Source of the DNA: Candidatus Latescibacterota bacterium
Lineage (GTDB): Bacteria > Latescibacterota > UBA2968 > GCA-2709665
Direction of reading: 5' to 3'
Assembly (NCBI GenBank): GCA_965226795.1
Contig: CBDDDZ010000005.1
Span: forward strand, 800,001-864,000
DNA length: 64,000 nt
Numbering within the stretch: the first letter of the stretch is position 1; each line of letters begins with the position of its first letter. Below are positions 61,463-64,000 of this stretch, one piece after another. Position numbers and translations under genes: made by a program. The notes under the pieces are model-generated. The model was not told the DNA's origin. It worked only from the letters and a program-made list of their open reading frames with translations, and made no database searches.

Positions 61463-64000
61463 TCACCGTTGCCAGTGACCCGAACCGAGGATCCGGAATC
61501 GATCCACGCCGGGGTGCAGAGCTGAAAAGGCGATCTCGTTACTGGCGGACAGGTGTTCGGGGGCGTCCAGGAGCAGGGCGTATCGGGTGCGGATTCGGGT
61601 ACCCCATTCGTCCAGAATGTCCTCCGGGATCAGGTCGCCCAGAGGTTGCAGGAGGGCAAGGTCTTGATCCGGTCCTACTTTGAAGATGTTGAGGTTGTTT
61701 TCCTTGCCCTGGATAACCGGGGGTGGCTCCACCCAGGCGCGGTCTCTTTCGACGGCGGTGACAAGCAGATAGCCGACGGCCAGGTGGGGAAAGCCGTCCA
61801 GATGCAGGGTAAGGGATCCGTCAGGATTCCTATCGGCGGACAGGATGGTGTAGGCGGAGGCACGTTCCCGGTGACGGATGGTGATCGTCTTTCTCATTAG
61901 TGTGTCGGGGTTCGCAATATCGGTTTCAGGCTGGATCCTCAGAGATTTCTCGACGTCGTCGAATCCGGTGAGTAGACCTTCGACGGTGGGGAAGGATTCG
62001 ATCTTGTGGCCGTCGGCTTCGGCGGCCGTTCCGCCGATCAAAGCAAGCGTGCGGAGACCGTGTGCATCAAATGATGCAAAGGCGAGTTCGCCGTCGCTGT
62101 GCAGCTCGCGGCCGTTATGGGAGATTCTGCAGGGTGCCCTGGACGTGTTGCTCAGGATCAGATCCATACCCCGGTTGTGAGTCACCTGGACAGCAGCGGC
62201 CTCTTGATTCTCACAGGATAAGCGGCTGATTTGTTTGATGAACGGGGCAACCCGGTAGGGTTCGTGGACGGCCAAAAAGGTGTCCGGGTGATGATGGTTC
62301 TGGCGGCGGACTGTGATTATTTTCATCTCTTCGCCCAGGTCGCGGTTGTCCAGCCAGCGCTGGGCGGGGCCGGTGCCCACGATGATCTCGGATCCGGGCA
62401 CGTCGAGCATGTGTAATTTCAGGAAGGCGTCCCGGTCGGTTTCCGGTGAGCCGTCTGCGTTCGGGTATTCGGTAACGTCGCCCCAGGTTGCCGTCCAGGG
62501 CCCGTCGCTTTGACCGGCGCTGAGTTGTGTAACCCGCTGGGTGCCCCACCTGGCGCCGGCCCTGGGGGTACGGCGAGATGGTGTGAAACTGAAGCCGCTG
62601 TAATGGTAAAGAGATTCCGCCGGGTCGGGCCGGTCTTTGAGGTCGACGCCTTCTGTGGAAAAACGATGCCCGTTGCCGTGGAAGGTCCAGTCGTGCACGT
62701 GGCCGCCGTTTACGCGGAAAACGTCAACAACGTAGGCATCGTCGGGGTCACTGTCAATGAGGGCAACGGTGCGCTGGTAGCGGTCGGTGCCGGGCACTTT
62801 GCCGAGTTCGTTTGCGTCCTCCTCAGCGGCATCGATGGCTTTGAAACCGGGCAGGTCCACAAAAAACCGAAGGTCTCCGCGGAGGTTGTCCGTGCCCATC
62901 GGGTCGCCGTCCGGGGTGCGTATGGTGACGGTGTTGTGGGCGGGGAAAGTCTTAATCCAATCCACCGTCATAAAGTGAGTGGAGCCCATGTAACCGAGGT
63001 CGGTGGCCAGTTCGTGGCCCTTGGCGTAGAGCGTGAGGTTGAGGGGCGCCATGTGGTAGTGACCGACACGCTCCGTAAAGTCGAGTGAGAGCGTTCGGGT
63101 ATGGTCTCCCTCGCCGCTGCGCAGGATGGCTTTGCGGTTCTGGCCCAGCAGGTGAGACGGGAGGGGCATGGGAAGCCTTAGGGAGACGACGGGATCGCCC
63201 TCCGGATCGATGTTCAGGTACTCGCGATAGGCATCCGGAATGCCTCCTCCCAGGGTTTCCGCCAGGGCGAGCTGTTCCAGGGGCATGGCGGCGCCGATCA
63301 CGCAGTCTTCCCAGGTGATGGGGCGACCGTCGGGGAACCCGGTCTTAAGGTACTGACCCAGGCCATGTTTGAAGACGGGCAGGGCAAGCAGGTTGATCCC
63401 GTTTCGTTCCCGATTGTAATAAGGGGCGGTCGGGTCAAATGCGCCCTGCTGGCCGTGGCAGGCGGCCATGACGCTTGAGATACCCCAACTGGTGTAGGAG
63501 GGAGAGCCTTCCTTGCCCAGACCGTCGCCGGTAAAGAAATTATGCAGAAAGTAGACAATGTCTCTGGCTACGTTTTCGATGATCCGGTCGTCGCCGACAA
63601 TGCGACCGAGTTGCAACCTGGGCATCTGGGTAGAGGTGGAGAGGTTGTCCGCGCCGGTGACGAGCACGTAGGGGTGCAGGGTGTATTCCAGAATGCCGCG
63701 TTTGAGTTGTTGGCCGGAGGTTTGCAATTTCAGGGAATCGCCCTCGACGGACGTGACGATGCGAAGGGCGGCGGTTTTCAGATCGGACTCGGCTTCGTCG
63801 AAGGATTCGGCAATCAGGCTGTAACCGACCATGAGATCCTGGGCCAGGCTGGCTTTCCAGTTCCACACGCCAGGGTAGATGGAAGCGCCTTTCGTACCAT
63901 AGCGGTCTCCGGGCGCGTTCAACGGGCGCTTCGGGTCGCCTTCAATATGATCGAACGGGGCGTAGAGGCGGTAGCCGGGATAGGATTTGGCGGGAGCGCC
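61463..64000 (-). CDS. Heparinase II/III-like domain protein (5' partial, runs off the window)
   Basis: EGSPSY, GHYHMAPLNLTLYAKG, DLGY, AHNTVTI, YVVDVFRV.GG..HDW.FH. The frame is open to position 64000. Confidence 0.7.
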   Translation of the reverse strand, partial: GAPAKSYPGYRLYAPFDHIEGDPKRPLNAPGDRYGTKGASIYPGVWNWKASLAQDLMVGYSLIAESFDEAESDLKTAALRIVTSVEGDSLKLQTSGQQLKRGILEYTLHPYVLVTGADNLSTSTQMPRLQLGRIVGDDRIIENVARDIVYFLHNFFTGDGLGKEGSPSYTSWGISSVMAACHGQQGAFDPTAPYYNRERNGINLLALPVFKHGLGQYLKTGFPDGRPITWEDCVIGAAMPLEQLALAETLGGGIPDAYREYLNIDPEGDPVVSLRLPMPLPSHLLGQNRKAILRSGEGDHTRTLSLDFTERVGHYHMAPLNLTLYAKGHELATDLGYMGSTHFMTVDWIKTFPAHNTVTIRTPDGDPMGTDNLRGDLRFFVDLPGFKAIDAAEEDANELGKVPGTDRYQRTVALIDSDPDDAYVVDVFRVNGGHVHDWTFHGNGHRFSTEGVDLKDRPDPAESLYHYSGFSFTPSRRTPRAGARWGTQRVTQLSAGQSDGPWTATWGDVTEYPNADGSPETDRDAFLKLHMLDVPGSEIIVGTGPAQRWLDNRDLGEEMKIITVRRQNHHHPDTFLAVHEPYRVAPFIKQISRLSCENQEAAAVQVTHNRGMDLILSNTSRAPCRISHNGRELHSDGELAFASFDAHGLRTLALIGGTAAEADGHKIESFPTVEGLLTGFDDVEKSLRIQPETDIANPDTLMRKTITIRHRERASAYTILSADRNPDGSLTLHLDGFPHLAVGYLLVTAVERDRAWVEPPPVIQGKENNLNIFKVGPDQDLALLQPLGDLIPEDILDEWGTRIRTRYALLLDAPEHLSASNEIAFSALHPGVDRFRILGSGHWQR

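Noticed and set aside
1..64000. Genome-wide reassignment of TGA (Trp/Gly) as the explanation for in-frame TGAs
   Set aside because: Many conserved genes (HesB, miaB, lipA, fhs, tdm) end at TGA where expected, and Trp is encoded by TGG.
1..64000. CRISPR array, tRNA (including tRNA-Sec), rRNA, transposase
   Set aside because: No regularly spaced repeats, cloverleafs or transposase motifs were seen. The Sec machinery is not in this window, so the selenoprotein calls remain unconfirmed.

Overview
A GC-rich, gene-dense bacterial window. GWxTD, ankyrin and NHL proteins plus many amide hydrolases loosely suggest an FCB-group (Latescibacterota-like), possibly host-associated organism; this is inference only. 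0-18 kb holds housekeeping, Fe-S and redox genes: sodA, peroxiredoxin, HesB/IscA, a 6S-like RNA, rny overlapping an orphan nuoI, a degenerate IscU, queG, miaB, lipA, a fused IOR, a plant-HPR1-like dehydrogenase and dusA. 18-36 kb holds amide/lactam hydrolases plus an accessory block. 40-52 kb is a methylated-amine cluster (mgsC-like, tdm, amt, fhs, gmaS). 53-64 kb holds minus-strand catabolic genes. Three main discoveries. (1) Two genes the ORF track truncates read as exported, probably outer-membrane beta-barrel selenoprotein candidates. One (28085-28747) has a UxxU motif (TGA-GTA-GGC-TGA); the other (38339-39313) has a single TGA. Each has an RBS, a signal peptide, a SECIS-like hairpin and an adjacent TlpA-like thioredoxin (one fused to YHS). 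(2) A 663-nt ORF-less group IIC intron (26461-27123) splits an ankyrin lipoprotein gene; precise splicing restores the frame and matches an intron-less paralog 2.5 kb downstream. (3) An acyl-CoA-dehydrogenase-fold gene, a flavin reductase and a small unknown protein flank tdm where a TMA/DMA monooxygenase would be expected. All calls come from reading the sequence and recalled motifs; no searches were run.
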